NCBI RefSeq assembly: GCF_006345805.1
Contig: NC_043000.1
Span: 45,880,001 to 45,944,000, forward strand
DNA length: 64,000 nt
Direction: 5' to 3'
From: Octopus sinensis
Lineage: Eukaryota
In this document: positions 27,111 to 40,825 of the stretch, in pieces
How positions within the stretch are numbered: position 1 is the first letter of the stretch
Layout: each line of letters opens with the position of its first letter
Made by a program: the position numbers and the translations under genes
Notes under the pieces: generated by a model
What the model was told of the DNA's origin: nothing
The model's database searches: none
What the model saw: only the letters and a program-made list of their open reading frames with translations

Positions 27111-27974
27111 ATGTTATTGAGTAATGTATGAAATAGAATTAATAGTTACATTTTATGCCTGCTACATTTAGTTTATATGCTAAAAATTTTCGACATTCTC
27201 AAATTAAAGAAGATTTAGAAAAAAAAAAAAAAATACTAAGTGACAAAGTGAAAATAATTGACTTTTGATGACAATGAAATAAAAGCATCTATCTTCTCAA
27301 AATACTAAACCAATGTTTCTAATAATTATAAACAAAAAGAAACAGCAAATGAAAAAAATGAAAAAGGCATTGAGTTTCATTTTCATAGCCTGCGGATAAT
27401 TAGTTCTTTAGTGCACAGAGCTCAAAATGAGATACAGTGAAGACAGCACTATGAAATATAATCTACTTCTATGTAGATAAAACTTTCTGGATTTGTTTTC
27501 TCTACAGTATAGACAATATTCTTCATTCAATACAATGCTTACAGCTCTGAACGAAAAACAACAAAGTAAAACTTTGCATATTTCTTTTAGAACTTTTAAA
27601 GAAACCCTAAATGTATTTGATTGCACCTGATTTTGTCAAGTTGCGAGGATTAAATTCTCCATCAGCTATCGAACATCTTGCTTGAGGTATTTTTGCATCA
27701 CAAAGGTGATTTTTTTCTTTATTTTTGTTGATTTCATATTTTGAAGAAAAAGAAAAGCATATCAAACTTATTAAGCAACAATAGGTAGAAATGTTTTATT
27801 TTGTATAGTGTTGAATTTTTTCCTTCTTGTAATTAATCAAAATTAATCTAGACAAATGAATTTGATAAAAATGCCTTAAACTATTTATGGTATGTATGCT
27901 AATAAGAATATAAGTATGACATAACCATAAATTTCTGTGTTTTCAATTGTAGATATAAAATACAAACTGATAGC

Positions 27975-28159
27975 ATATATATATATATATATGTATGTAT
28001 ATATATATATATGTATATATGTATGTATGTATATATATATGTATGTATGTATATATATATGTATATATATGTATGTATGTATATATATATATGTATATAT
28101 GTATGTATGTATATATATATGTATGTATGTATATATATATGTATATATATGTATGTATG

Positions 28160-28193
<34 letters not shown>

Positions 28194-28215
28194 ATGTGTG
28201 TGTATGTATATATAT
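27975..28215. repeat. (TA)n/(TATG)n compound microsatellite
   Basis: Read directly. Confidence 0.95.
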
Positions 28216-29385
28216 GTTCTTGAAACATGTATCTTAATGCATTTATTTGCGTACATGAATGCATCTATCTTTCTTTGCATGCAAGGTTATACGCAAATGT
28301 TTGTATGTAGATATATGAAGCCACCAAACATCACAAAAGTTGTACAGAGATAAATACACATGTGATGTGGATCTTCCATAGAGCTGGCTCACACATACAT
28401 ATGCATGTGCGTGTATGTATATGTGCGTGTATGTATATGTGCGTGTGTGTTTGTGTGTATGTTTTTGTGCTAATTGAATATATTCTTTGAGCAATCTATA
28501 TATTATTTAGCAGCAAATTATCATTATTCAATTTATCAATTAACGATATACTGAAGCTTGGTGTAAAATTTCTCAGAGATGTTCAACAATCTCCATAATA
28601 AATGGAGACAGTAATCAAGTGCAATGATTAAGACATAATCACTAAAGGGATTATACTTGGAAAAGAAAAAAAGTAATTAGCACTTTAATCTATCATAAAA
28701 CAACAAAACAAAAATAATAATAATAAATCAGAAATATTTCTCTACAAGGTATTCATATTCAAAAGAAAGGAGTATTTGAAATTTCTCATTAAGAAGACCA
28801 ACTAGCAGCAGCATGTTTTTATGCCTACTTTTCCATACTAGGCTGGGTTGGGTCTGGAATGTTCTGTGGTCAGATACCTTTCTTGATGTCAACCACATAA
28901 GTCAATTGTTATGGTATGAAAGAATACAAAACTCCTAGTCTAAAAGCTGGGGGACATACACATACAAACAGTTGGCTATTGAAGCATTCAGAAATTGCAA
29001 TGAATTTTAACAGTCCACTATTAAAAACATCACTATTAATTAATAAGATATACATAGACATATGTATAAAATTATGTAGTAGATAGATATTGGAAGTGAC
29101 AAAGGACAGAGATATCTGGTACTTTGCTATACTTAAGAGGATCCATTTACCACAGCAGAATTGTTAATGTTCCCCCACCTCCAACTAAAGGGTTTTTTTT
29201 TTTTTTGCTTTGCAAGTGCCCTTGTGCTTGACCTGACTGGATTGTAGTTTTAAGAAAGATCAAAATTCCTCAGATGCAGAAAATCCAAATTTTCACAACG
29301 GTTAAAACCATTTGCATGGGTTTTGTGAAGAATAAAACATAATCCAAATAAGAAGACAAATAAAATGTTTATTACATCTTTAATG

Positions 29386-29669
29386 CTCAGTTAGAATTGT
29401 TTCTGTGCCCACTCTGTTTTCAATGCCAGTTCACACAAAAAGCTCCACGTGGAAAATTGTGTAATATTTGCAGTTTTAAACATTAGAATGGCTCTTCTTC
29501 AGATCTGAATCAAATGTGCTATCTTACAATGTACATCTGCCAAGCATTGTGCTTTGTTTGATGCTGGTCTGAAGAAGTGCCATTCTAATGTTTAAAGCCA
29601 CAAATATTACAAAACTTTTCACATGAATTGGCATTGAAAACAGAGTTAGTACCGAAGCAATTGTAACTA
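29386..29669. mobile_element. Foldback element whose arms each carry an outward-reading type I hammerhead motif (Penelope pLTR-like)
   Basis: Arms ~29411-29507 and 29565-29646 are reverse complements. CTGAAGA at 29569 (+) and 29495-29501 (-); GAAA/GAAG-CAATT(G/C)-TA at both outer ends. Confidence 0.7.
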
Positions 29670-29754
29670 CTCATTAATAATGTGATAAGCTCCTTTCTCA
29701 TCTTCTAATTTGGATTATATTTTTTCTGACTAACAGATGCTTAGATGGCCATTT

Positions 29755-29912
29755 ACATCATCATCAGCGTTTAACGTCCATTTTCCATGCTTGGATGGGT
29801 TGGACGGTTCGACCGGGGTCTGGGAAGCCAGGAAGCTGCAACAAGCTCCAGTCTGATCTGGCAGTGTTTCTATGGCTGGATGCCCTTCCTAACACCAACC
29901 ACTCCGTGAGTG
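29755..29912 (-). mobile_element. RTE-tail SINE
   Basis: CATCATCA..TTTAACGTCCATTTTCCATGCT..GGATGCCCTTCCTAAC signature. Confidence 0.8.
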
Positions 29913-29914
29913 TA

Positions 29915-29953
<39 letters not shown>

Positions 29954-29968
29954 TATATATATAAAAGA

Positions 29969-30008
<40 letters not shown>

Positions 30009-30321
30009 TATGTAAACATTTATGTATATATATGTATGTGTGTGTTTCTTGAGATTTCTTTATACTTGTAAATGAGTGTTGCTATTATGCTACCAGTGTC
30101 ATTCATTTATAATCTTCTATGTCCAGTCATGCACAGAGAAGTACTACCTTCCTTGGAAATAGGTGAATGTTAGCAATACAAAAGGTATCCTCACATAGAC
30201 AATTTGCTTCAATAAATATCATTTGACCCATGCAAGCATTAAATGTAACAATAAGGATGTTTAATGTTAAAATCTATGAAAAGTAACAGTCAAATGAGAT
30301 GAGACAGTAGCAGGACATTAA

Positions 30322-30541
30322 CCCTTTCATTACCAACCCGGCTGAAACTGGCTCTGGTTCTGAGTACAAATGTCTTATTTTCATAAGTTTTGAATTAAAA
30401 TCTTCCACCAAACCTTAGTCACAATTTATGTTCCTATCACTAGCTTAATGATAACTAAGTTATTTTACAAAATTCTTTCTTATATTTAAAGTAATTGAAA
30501 GAAATACAAAGCATCTCAAAATAAATACAGTAATGAAAGGG
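30322..30541. mobile_element. piggyBac-type MITE
   Basis: TTAA on both flanks (30318-21, 30542-45); 12-bp TIRs CCCTTTCATTAC / GTAATGAAAGGG. Confidence 0.9.
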
Positions 30542-31989
30542 TTAAAGGCATCAGCTAATGTGAAGATAGGAGACTGTGCTGAAACAGACATGTGATGAAA
30601 AAGGGAATAAGTTACTAAGTAAAAAGTGCTGTTAACTGATGTTGGAAAGTGCATATAGCAGCAGAAGACATGTCCAGAAGCAACGGGGTCAGACTTCATT
30701 TGCTGAGACTCACAGACAAAATTATGCTGGATTGAGATAAATAATTGGCCCATCAAATCTATGGTCAAAGAGAAAAATGGACGTTGGTGCAATGTTTATT
30801 TCTTTTTTTATTTTACAGGTCTCTGTAAGTAGATTGGAGCAATGCTATGGATCTACCATCAAAGGTTTTCACTTGATCCCAGTACTTATCTTATCAATCT
30901 CTATTGGATGGCTATATTTTGACTTCCTGTAGCTAGGGATATAACTCAACACACTGATTTACACTGTGTACACAGAAATATATACGTACATAAATACACA
31001 CACACTCGCATGCACACACACACATATACATACATACTCATGCACACACACACATATATTTGATATTTACAGAAAAACAACAGATGAAGACATGTATAAA
31101 AAACAAGCAGGTGTACTAGTTTGACACTCAGGAAGGTGAGAAAGTCTTTACATTTCAAGCCTATGCTCTTCAACAGAAAAGTAAACGAGGAAGTAAACAG
31201 AGAGAATATACAAAAATTGTAGATTTAGAGGTCAATATTAGTTTGTAGTATACGGTAGTGGAATTAGAGAATTGTGTTGCTGACAAAGAAAGCACCTTTT
31301 ATGAACTAAGCTGACAGTCCAATTGATGATTGTCCATGATGCTGAAATCCAGAATATCTAGTTGATGAAATTGTTCCATGACTATATAAACCATAAAATG
31401 TGAGAAGGTATGAGAGGTAAATATAGTTATCTAACCACTTGGTATTTTTAGGATTACAGCTGTTTCATAACCTTCTTTATGCAGTAATAATTTCAGTGTG
31501 GAATAAACTATGTTAACATGTTTGCATTAATATGCATGCTATGCTTTATTCAATGCAATTGTATATTCACAAATTAATGAAAATAAAGAATGCTAGCTCA
31601 TCAGAACATTATGGTCACCAGATTATTATAACCATGTCAATGATTCAACTCTAAGAGATGAATTGTATGTTACTGTTAATCTGTAAGCATAATCTATTCC
31701 ACACTGAAATTATTGTTTTATGGAGACAACAGTAAAAGATTTTGTCTATCACATTATATTTTTGAGATATAAAATCTTTCAGTTTTGTTAGAAACAGATA
31801 TTTAATGCTTATAAAGGAAGAATTAAACCATATGTAGATGCAATTTTAATAGACAATATGTCTTCTTCTTAATCTAATAAATCAAAACACAAAGCTGTGG
31901 GAGTAAATGCACTTTAGCATATAAGAATTAAGCTTGGTTATAACAAAATATGAATACAAAATCTCCATTCATTGTGGTCATCCATTTTG

Positions 31990-32786
31990 ATCATCTTATT
32001 ACTGCAAGAACTTACGCTTTTTTGACAATCTCTGGTGCACAGTTTCTAGAATATCTCTCATCACACTCCAGCAGCAATCTGCCATCATGTTTAAGTCCCA
32101 TCAGGTTTGGTAGCATTCTTCTATTACTTTTACATCTTGATGAAAGTGTTCATCTTGTTCTTCTCTAACATCACCCAGGTTCCCTGGAAACTCACCCCAG
32201 TGACTGAGTAAGTAGTGCAATTTAATGCTCATTCTTCATCCAGGTGCTTGCAAACTCAAGAGTAGCCCCTCCACTATCTCTTGATAGTTGTCAGCTTTTC
32301 TGTTCCGAAGGAAATTCCACACCACATCAGAGAAGGCATTCCAAGCTCTAGCCTCCACTGCATTCATTCTTGTAACAAAATGTGGATCCCTGAGGAGTGT
32401 TCTTATTTGAGGTCCATCAAATATTCCTGCCTTCGTCTAATCATTACTGAGACTGGGAAAGGTTGTACATATGGTTCTGAAGCAGTCTCCACTGTGATCA
32501 AGAGTGGTTCAGTTCACATCTGAAAAGAAGAGAAAGGATTTTAAAGCAAAACTCAGCTTGAACATATTCAAAATTAGCATGACAATCCAACCAAAATTCC
32601 CATAAATTGTCATGTACAATTAACTATTGGTATGCTCCAAGTAAATAAAGGTATATACTGATGGCACAAAAACGTGATGTGATAGAGCAAATCTGAGGTC
32701 AATTTTGGAATTAACACCCAAATATGAATCTAAAACAGCTCTAAAATTTTATGCAGAAAATAAAAGTTTTATTTTGTTGACCAGTG
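31990..32786 (-). mobile_element. Internally deleted DNA transposon, probably Chapaev3 (CMC) type; transposase C-terminus plus left end
   Basis: KAGIFDGPQIRTLL..AWNAFSDVVWNFL..MSIKLHYLLSH..NLGDVREEQDEHFHQDV..MMADCCW; terminus CACTGGTCAACA at 32786 (-). Superfamily assignment from recall. Confidence 0.7.
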
Positions 32787-33059
32787 TTATAAACTAAGAC
32801 ACTTCATCCAAAATGATGTCATATGTCTCCAATCATCTGCATAAATATACCTGGCTTTTTAGTTGCTCATGTTTCAAGGAGAGAAGGTGATGCAGAGAGG
32901 TAGAGAAAGAGAAAGATTGGGAGGAATGGTAGTGATATATAATTGCATTAAGATGCAGAGAAGGTGCAATTGGACGAGAGCCTCAAATATTTATTCGTCC
33001 CAGTCTCTATCATTACTACTGGTTTTAACACTTTTAATGAATGCTCATTTCATCATACT

Positions 33060-33724
33060 TGCAGTGGTAGACAGCTCTTCTCCGCCACTACATGTTACTT
33101 ATCCTCATGGTCCTTTGTCATCCTCTTTCAGAGACACAGCATCTTGAGATCAGCTTTCACTATATCACCCTCCTTCTTTCTAGGTTTCCCTCTTCCAAAA
33201 TTTCTATGAACTTTGAATGTCTTGCATACCTATGTACACATGTCCCTCTCCATACGCACAACATGCCCATGCAACAGCAATCTCTTCTTCTGCACACTAT
33301 ATCTTCTCCTATTTTATTTTTACCCTGTAATTGATGCATACTAATACTATGCATCCAGCAAGGCCTGTGCAGTTCACTTCTTTCTAGTCTTTGCAAATAC
33401 TCTGCATTGAAGGTATTTTCCTCATTCTCATTTAGTATTTCAACTTGTACAAATGCATCATACAATCAGCTTTTCACTCTGAGTGATAAATCCTTTTCAC
33501 TTCAATTAACTAGATGATCTGCTAATTAGGTCATCTACATAACAGAAGTTATCAACTACTTCTAGGGAGCCTGAAATGCATTTGAAGGAATGTATTTTTT
33601 CTATAGGCTCATAGCCCTTATTGCTCATGTACATCAGGTGCATATGTAATCTACTTTCTTTCATTTCACTATTGTCTAACCAGCCTGTAATGACACATTT
33701 CGATGTGGTGTGAAAGACGGAAAG
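33060..33724 (-). mobile_element. RTE LINE fragment (RT C-terminus), decayed
   Basis: SLEVVDNFCY; YDA..LQRLERSEL; VKADLKML motifs. Confidence 0.7.
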
Positions 33725-34240
33725 TTGTAAATCTAGTCGAGTTAACAGTTCCTCATGAAGATAATATGGATGCTGCTCGGGCTTGAAAAATTGACCGTTA
33801 TGTAAACCTCCTCGAGGAATGTGAAGACGCAGGCTGGAAAGCAGAACCTTTTCCAATCGCAGTTGGATGTAGAGGGTTCGTTGGACTCAGTATCAGATGA
33901 CTGTTGTTATCGTTAGGTATAACTCATCGTAATGTCAATACCACCATGACCGATATCCAAACTACAATGGAGAAGGCTAACCACTGGATTTGGTTAAAAA
34001 GAGACGATGAGCAATGGCTAGAAGAATATTGAGCTTTATTTGATAACCAGCTGATCTAGCAAGCAGGGCCTCATATCAGAGAGGGGGGGGCCGGTGCGCA
34101 TTGATGCCGTCAAGATGTAAGCCTCAAAACCGCGTACATTCTCTCCTGATGACCCCATACACTTGCTGGCTACCAGTAAGCGGAGTTTTTGACTGGTAGC
34201 ACTTGCATGTGCAAGTTGTTTGCAAGACATCAAGCTTCTT
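33725..34240 (+). mobile_element. Hero-clade non-LTR retrotransposon 3' end (REL endonuclease + 3' UTR)
   Basis: VELTVPHEDNMDAARA*KIDRYVNLLEECEDAGWKAEPFPIAVGCRGFVG..EKANHWIWLKR; stop at 34030-32. Confidence 0.8.
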
Positions 34241-34756
34241 GTGCTCTCATATATTTATGCCAATTATATCATCGAAAATTCCTCCTTTTTTTTCATACTG
34301 AGGGTGGCCTTTCCCTATAGTAGAAGGGTCCTGCTATTTTTAATGTTTACTAATTTACTTTGAGACCTTTTAATTCAACAGACACAATTTCCTATAAATA
34401 AATTCCACTCACAAGTTATTGATCAACCCACAGTTACAAAAGAAGAAATTTGTCCAAGGTACAGTGTAGTGTTATTGAACCTAAAACTATGTACATGCAA
34501 AGGAAATTTTGTAATCACACAGCGATGCTTTTTGCATATGGTGATGAAGAAGGTTGTTCTATATGTCCTCAGAAAATATTTAACCTAAAATAACTTATAA
34601 TATTAAAAGCTACACAGTTGACAGGAGACTTAGAAAATGGCTGAAAGCAGTGTTTTCTAAAATATATCATCCATAAAACACCAACTTGCTTCTAAAGCCA
34701 CATAATGGACATAATAAAAAGCAATATTTCTTGAAGTTAAAAAACGTTTGTACCAC

Positions 34757-34758
<2 letters not shown>

Positions 34759-34826
<68 letters not shown>

Positions 34827-34900
34827 ACACACACACACACACATCCACACACATCCACACACACAGATCCACACACACACACACATCCACACACACACAC
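34759..34900. repeat. (CA)n microsatellite
   Basis: Read directly. Confidence 0.95.
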
Positions 34901-35471
34901 ATGCATGTATGTATATGCCTGCATGTATGTATGAATGTATGTTTGTATAAATTTGTAATCCATTAATTTCTCCCATATCAATGATTTACTAATTGACAAA
35001 TAATACAATGCTAACACATAAAAGTGATACTCTTATGTATGTGATAAAAATCTAATATGAGATCATGATTTATGCTAATCAAAACTGTTAAAGTGATTAA
35101 TTCATTTTATATATTTTCTAAATGCCCATAAAAAAATAATTCCTGCAAATAGGAAATTTGATATAGTAATGAAAAATATTTTATAGGAGGTGAAAAAGTG
35201 ACAAATTAAAAGCATGCAGGTTTTTGTTTGCTCAGGGCCAAGCACGCACACCAGATAACTTAATCGGATGCTGGTTATGCATGAGTATGTTTCCTGTAAA
35301 TAGCTTAGATGAATATAGGAATATTGTTGTTATGTACTCTGGTTAGTAATGCTCTAAAGTTAACTGATTGAATGAAATTACTAACAAATATTCCTAATCA
35401 TGGCTATTACGTCATTGTTATGAAAAATATTGTCCTTAGATTTAAAATAAAACCAGATTAAAATAAAGCCA

Positions 35472-35831
35472 GGTGTAAGAGTGGCTGTGTGGTAAGTAGC
35501 TTGCTTACCAACCACATGGTTCTGGGTTCAGTCCCACTGCGTGGCACATTGGGCAAGTATCTTCTACTATAGCCTCAGGCCGACCAAAGCCTTGTGAGTA
35601 GATTTCGTAGACGGAAATTGAAAGAAGCCCATCATATATATGTATATATATATATGTGTGTCTGTGTGTGTGTGTGTGTGTCCGTAACTTAGCAGTTCAG
35701 CGAAAGAGTCCGATAAAATAATAAGTACTAGGCTTACAAAGAATAAGTCCTGGGGTCGATTTGCTTGACTAAAGGCAGTGCTCCAGCAAGGCCACAGTCA
35801 AATGACTGAAACAATTTAAAGAGTAAAAGAG
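35472..35831 (+). mobile_element. SINE family A with internal deletion
   Basis: Homology with the other copies. Confidence 0.9.
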
Positions 35832-36099
35832 TATCCAAAGTCTTAAAATATAGGACTGGGGGAAGATTTGGTAGCCAACCTAACCATTAAAACAAAAATC
35901 TCCATAAAAGAATAGTCATGAGTATTTTATCTTTGCATATTGTACATTTTATAGATATAGGTTCCTAATGGGCCAATCATGGGTTCATTGTATATCTGAA
36001 GGCGAATATGTAAATGAAAAGTTGAGTGGATTAAATGGCAGCTATGTTTGTTTCACACACAAATTTATCTTGCTGATATATATTGATTGTTCATGGTCA

Positions 36100-36250
36100 T
36101 ACATACATACATACATACATGCATACATACATGCATGCATACATCCATGGATACATACATACATACATACATACATACATACATACATACATACATACAT
36201 ACATACATACATACATGCCATATATACATACATATATACATACAAACATG
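36100..36250. repeat. (CATA)n microsatellite
   Basis: Read directly. Confidence 0.95.
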
Positions 36251-38189
36251 TACACAAGACAGACATACATACTGACAGAGAGACGTAAATGTATGCATAC
36301 ATATATCACCAAAAAATATTATTCCAGACTAAAGAGACATTGCAGTCAGATATTGCCTTTTACAACAAGACAATATCCCAGAGTGTATTAGCAGTACCAG
36401 CACTGATGCAACCATTCAGGATATTTGACCAGTGTAGAAATGAAATTCACTCCATAGATGTTAAAATGGTAGCATCAACTGCAAATTTTCATAGAATCAG
36501 TGAAGTTCACCAACTGTATCTCAAAAGAAATGTGTGAAGAATTGGCTTAAGCTTAGAACAGTTGTATGTTATCCCATACTAAACAACAGCAGCACTACCA
36601 AATATATCAACTAAATATGCAAAACTGAAGTGAATAATAAACTGAGTTGTTAGTTAACTCTTCAAGAAATGTTCACTTCCTATAACATATGATCTATATT
36701 AGCTCAGAGGTGCTGGGCTCACATATCTTTGCAAAGACCTGAGAAAATAACATTCTGTGAACTATAAAAAGGCCATGCATGAGTATGTTTCCAGTAAATT
36801 TGAAGTGGATTACAATATTAACACGAAGTTGAAACCTGCCTTGGTCTCCTAACCATTACATCATGTCACATCTTGAAAGTTAAACTTTTGCAACCCAAGA
36901 GCAGGCGATAGTTAGGAAATATCTGATCAACAAATACAATTGTAAAGCCCTTAAACTATCAAATATAACAGCAAATGTTGATTATATCACTCTTCTGTGG
37001 AGGACTTGATACATATAATCAGCTGCTATTCAAATATGTCCTCAAGGAAATATCTCCTACTGAAACCTGATGTTGTTGCTTAAACAATATACAATATACA
37101 ATATATCATCTTCAGAAAAGACTTCCTACAAATGAATACAAACAGCATCTCTACTACAAAATATATGCCTAATAACACGAGATATATTGACAGAACATTC
37201 CTGTCAAATCCTCTGCATAGCAGAAGCATAACAGGCTAGATATAGATACATGGACAAAGATGGAAATTAGCATACATAGATGTAGTGGTTAGCAACACTG
37301 CAGATGTTAATATCATTTCTAAAATAAACCTGAAGGAAAATATATAAGGACAACTGTTTCAAAACCTGCAGCTCCTCTTTCCTAATAATATATTCGTTTT
37401 TATAACAATAACCATTGATGCACTTGATTATGTTAGAGAGAAAAACTGACTTCCTAAACAAAGAAAGAGACGAGCAAACATGCACTCTATAGATGTAAGT
37501 TGAAAGTAAAAATATGCAAAATTTTCCAAAAGTTCAATACATAACAGTTATCATTGTAGTTATTTAAATTCCAGTGACAGTGCTCCACTTTCTCTATTCA
37601 AAACCAGTTTCCACTTTCCAGGAAGAATTCTAAAAAAAAAAAAAAGTGTAGGTATATTTGATGGATTTGTGCATAGTTTCTGTCTAACAAAGTTCATTCA
37701 CAAAGAATTGAACCCAAAGCTATTGTGAGAATATGCTTCCAAGGTGTCACAAAATGGAATATTCTAACTGTGCTAAATTGTGGTGGTCGGTGTTAAATAT
37801 TTTCTCCAATTCAGGAACAGGGATAAAAAAGGAATGAAAGAAAAAAAACAGGTGAAATAAACTTATGCAATATATCATGTTTAATAAGGAAATTCTAATT
37901 AAATCAACTGTAATGTTGATTAAGTTCACTCCCCCTTTTACTCATGATGGTATAGTTTATACCATCTGTAATGTTGTTGCAGTAGGGCTGAAGGAATGAA
38001 AACAGCAATTGGAAAAAAACGGCAAGGAATATTCAATAATGTTCAATTTTATAAATTGCATATGCATTCATAAGCACATGCACACTCATACATACACACA
38101 TACATGCACTCTCATACACACACATGCATGCTCACTCATATACGCTCACAGAATTCTTTTTAACTACATGAAAATCTGTATATATTAAA

Positions 38190-38221
38190 AATTCCCTGAT
38201 TTTGAATGATTTATATATATG

Positions 38222-38252
<31 letters not shown>

Positions 38253-38263
38253 GTGTATATATA

Positions 38264-38323
<60 letters not shown>

Positions 38324-38363
38324 TATACATACATACATATATATATGTATATATATATGTATG

Positions 38364-38430
<67 letters not shown>

Positions 38431-38450
38431 GCTTGCATGTGTGTGTGTGC
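38190..38450. repeat. (TA)n microsatellite
   Basis: Read directly. Confidence 0.95.
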
Positions 38451-38532
38451 ACACTAGTGTGACAGACTTACTGCCTTTTCCATCTACCAAATTCACTCAC
38501 AAACAAGGTCATACATACATAGCCCATGCATG

Positions 38533-38563
<31 letters not shown>

Positions 38564-40082
38564 AAGCATACAGATCTATACCTACTCCAGCTGAAACGAC
38601 ATTAAAACACTGTATTGAAATTAAACAAATTAAATATTAAAGTACAGGTTAAGATAAATCTGCTTCAAATAAAATAAATCTGCTGCAATAAGAAGTTGTT
38701 ACCAATAATATTGTCATAGAGTCCCTACTTCCCAATATTAAGGAATGATTAATGGACTGCATGAATACATTTGTATAAAAGAGACACCAAAGTAGTGACG
38801 TTAAGCTTCTAGATTATTGGTTATATGTGTACAATTTCAAACCATTGTGAAGTATTTTTATACATTCGTTATCAGACTAGTTACTGGAAAAGTATAAGGT
38901 AACATACCTAATTCATAGTTGAGCAGTGCTAGATGAGCTCTAATGAAGCAATTCTACAATAAAGGCATTCCAACTATGAAAATTTTCCATCTTCTTTCCA
39001 GAGGCATTGCATCTTAGCCCATATTAACCAATATTTTATTTCTCTTTCTCAACAACAGCAGAGTGATTTGAGGAAAAGATTTTACTCTTTCTAGCTGATT
39101 GGGGCAATTGCATAGAGACCCCCTTGATAGTACTAGTGAGGCTATTCAGCTATAAAAACAAGTGTCTGAATGATATTTTAGAATTTCACTAAGTAAGAAA
39201 ATAAAAGAAACAAATGTTTGAAATCCAGTTTATTATGGAAGAATTTAATGGAAAACAGTGAGAAAGAAATCTGTTTACAACTCAAACATATATGTAAGCA
39301 GTTTCATGCTTTTCCACATTTTCATTTCTGCACAACAAATTGCTGTCATATTTCAATAGAAGAACCTTTGTGGACTTCTTCAACCTCCAAGGAAAAACAG
39401 CCAATCCCATAAAAAGTGAGTCTTATAATTTTACCTGAATATATACATACATACATAGTATCCCACCCACATTTAACAAGAAAACTTCTCACTTTACCAC
39501 AATGAACCAAACTACGTCTCTACATCCCTTCTCTTCTTTACATTTCCACATCATGTACTATGATTACCTCACACTTCCCAACCTTGTTCTCTTTGCCCGG
39601 TGCCACTGTATCATTGCTTTCTGCTTGCCCCCAACCTGTGCATTCTACCCACATGCCTTGTATCCCCCTATTATTCCAATCTGCTAGACCCCCAACCTGG
39701 ATGTTCCACTCACACGTAACAAGAAAACTTTTCCCTCACCCTACCCCAACAAAGCAATCTACATGTCTTCTCTTTCTCACATTTCCTCCTTCATTCACTC
39801 CTTGCCTAGCTCTCACTCCCCAAACCTGTCCTCACACACCTGCTCCTCTGTATCATTGCTATCCAGTAGCCCTCCAACTCTATATATACTCGAGTCTTTC
39901 GCCACTTACTAGCACTCTTTAACCACACTTATCCAGTCACTTATATTAACCTCAAGGGTATGCCCTGGCACATTCCACTGTCTATATCTCTCTTTATTTA
40001 CTCAACCATCTCATTCATACTCTGATCCCTGTTCCTTGTGAGTATATCCAGTATTTTGCCACCATCTCCATCCTGCGATCTC

Positions 40083-40122
<40 letters not shown>

Positions 40123-40229
40123 TCTCTTGCACTTCCCTCAGGTTGGGCAACTGTGTATTTTCTTTGTAATAGCACACCTATTTCTGTCTTCTTTCCTGAT
40201 CTTTCTTTCTCCAGCCAAATAACCTTGTA

Positions 40230-40590
40230 CTTCCTTTACAGCAAGACACCTGTATCTGTCTCACTATAACCTCTTCATCATCACCTCCTCCAATGTCTCC
40301 ACCCCTCTTAAAAGTTTTTGTCTTGTAAGTACTTGGTGACCCTGTCAGTGCAGGTGCCACTTAAAAGCACCCAGTCCACACTGTAAAGTGGCTGGTGTTC
40401 AGAAGGGCATCAAATTGTAAAAATGTTGCCAAAACTGACCTCGCTTGTGCTTGTGCCACATAAAAAGCACTAAGTCCACTCTGCTGAGTGGTTGGTGTTA
40501 GGAAAGACATCCAGGCACAGAAGTTTGGTGCAGGCTTCGGCCTGGCTCTTGTGGTGCCATCTCACACATGATTCTAGCATGGAACATTGA
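40230..40590 (+). mobile_element. RTE 3' UTR / RTE-tail SINE
   Basis: GTGCCACTTAAAAGCACCCAG..GAAGGGCATC..GGAACATTGACGTT(GAT)n. Confidence 0.7.
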
Positions 40591-40825
40591 CGTTATTTGA
40601 TGATGATGATTTTATATATATACATGTGTATAATAGGGATAACCACTAAGTGGACATCCAATATGCTAGAAGAAGATCACCTATGATCTAACTACAAAGA
40701 AAAGAATGTCCTCTAGAGAAATTCAGCAAACACCAGAACATAAGAGGGTAAGACAGATGAAAATATACAAAATACAGAATTAATCGTAGACCAGTTTCAC
40801 CATCACCAATAATTACTTATCTAAT

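Noticed and set aside
27600-27750. CpG-containing open frames on both strands (HLCDAKIPQARCSIADGEF..)
   Set aside because: No convincing splice pair and no recognisable protein.
34121-34156. AAAAC-CGC-GTA...CTGATGA in the Hero 3' UTR, in type II hammerhead order
   Set aside because: Stems I and II cannot be formed in this copy.
39360-39415. Exon-like segment RTFVDFFNLQGKTANPIK (plus) and overlapping minus frames
   Set aside because: Both strands give equally plausible readings and there is no corroboration.
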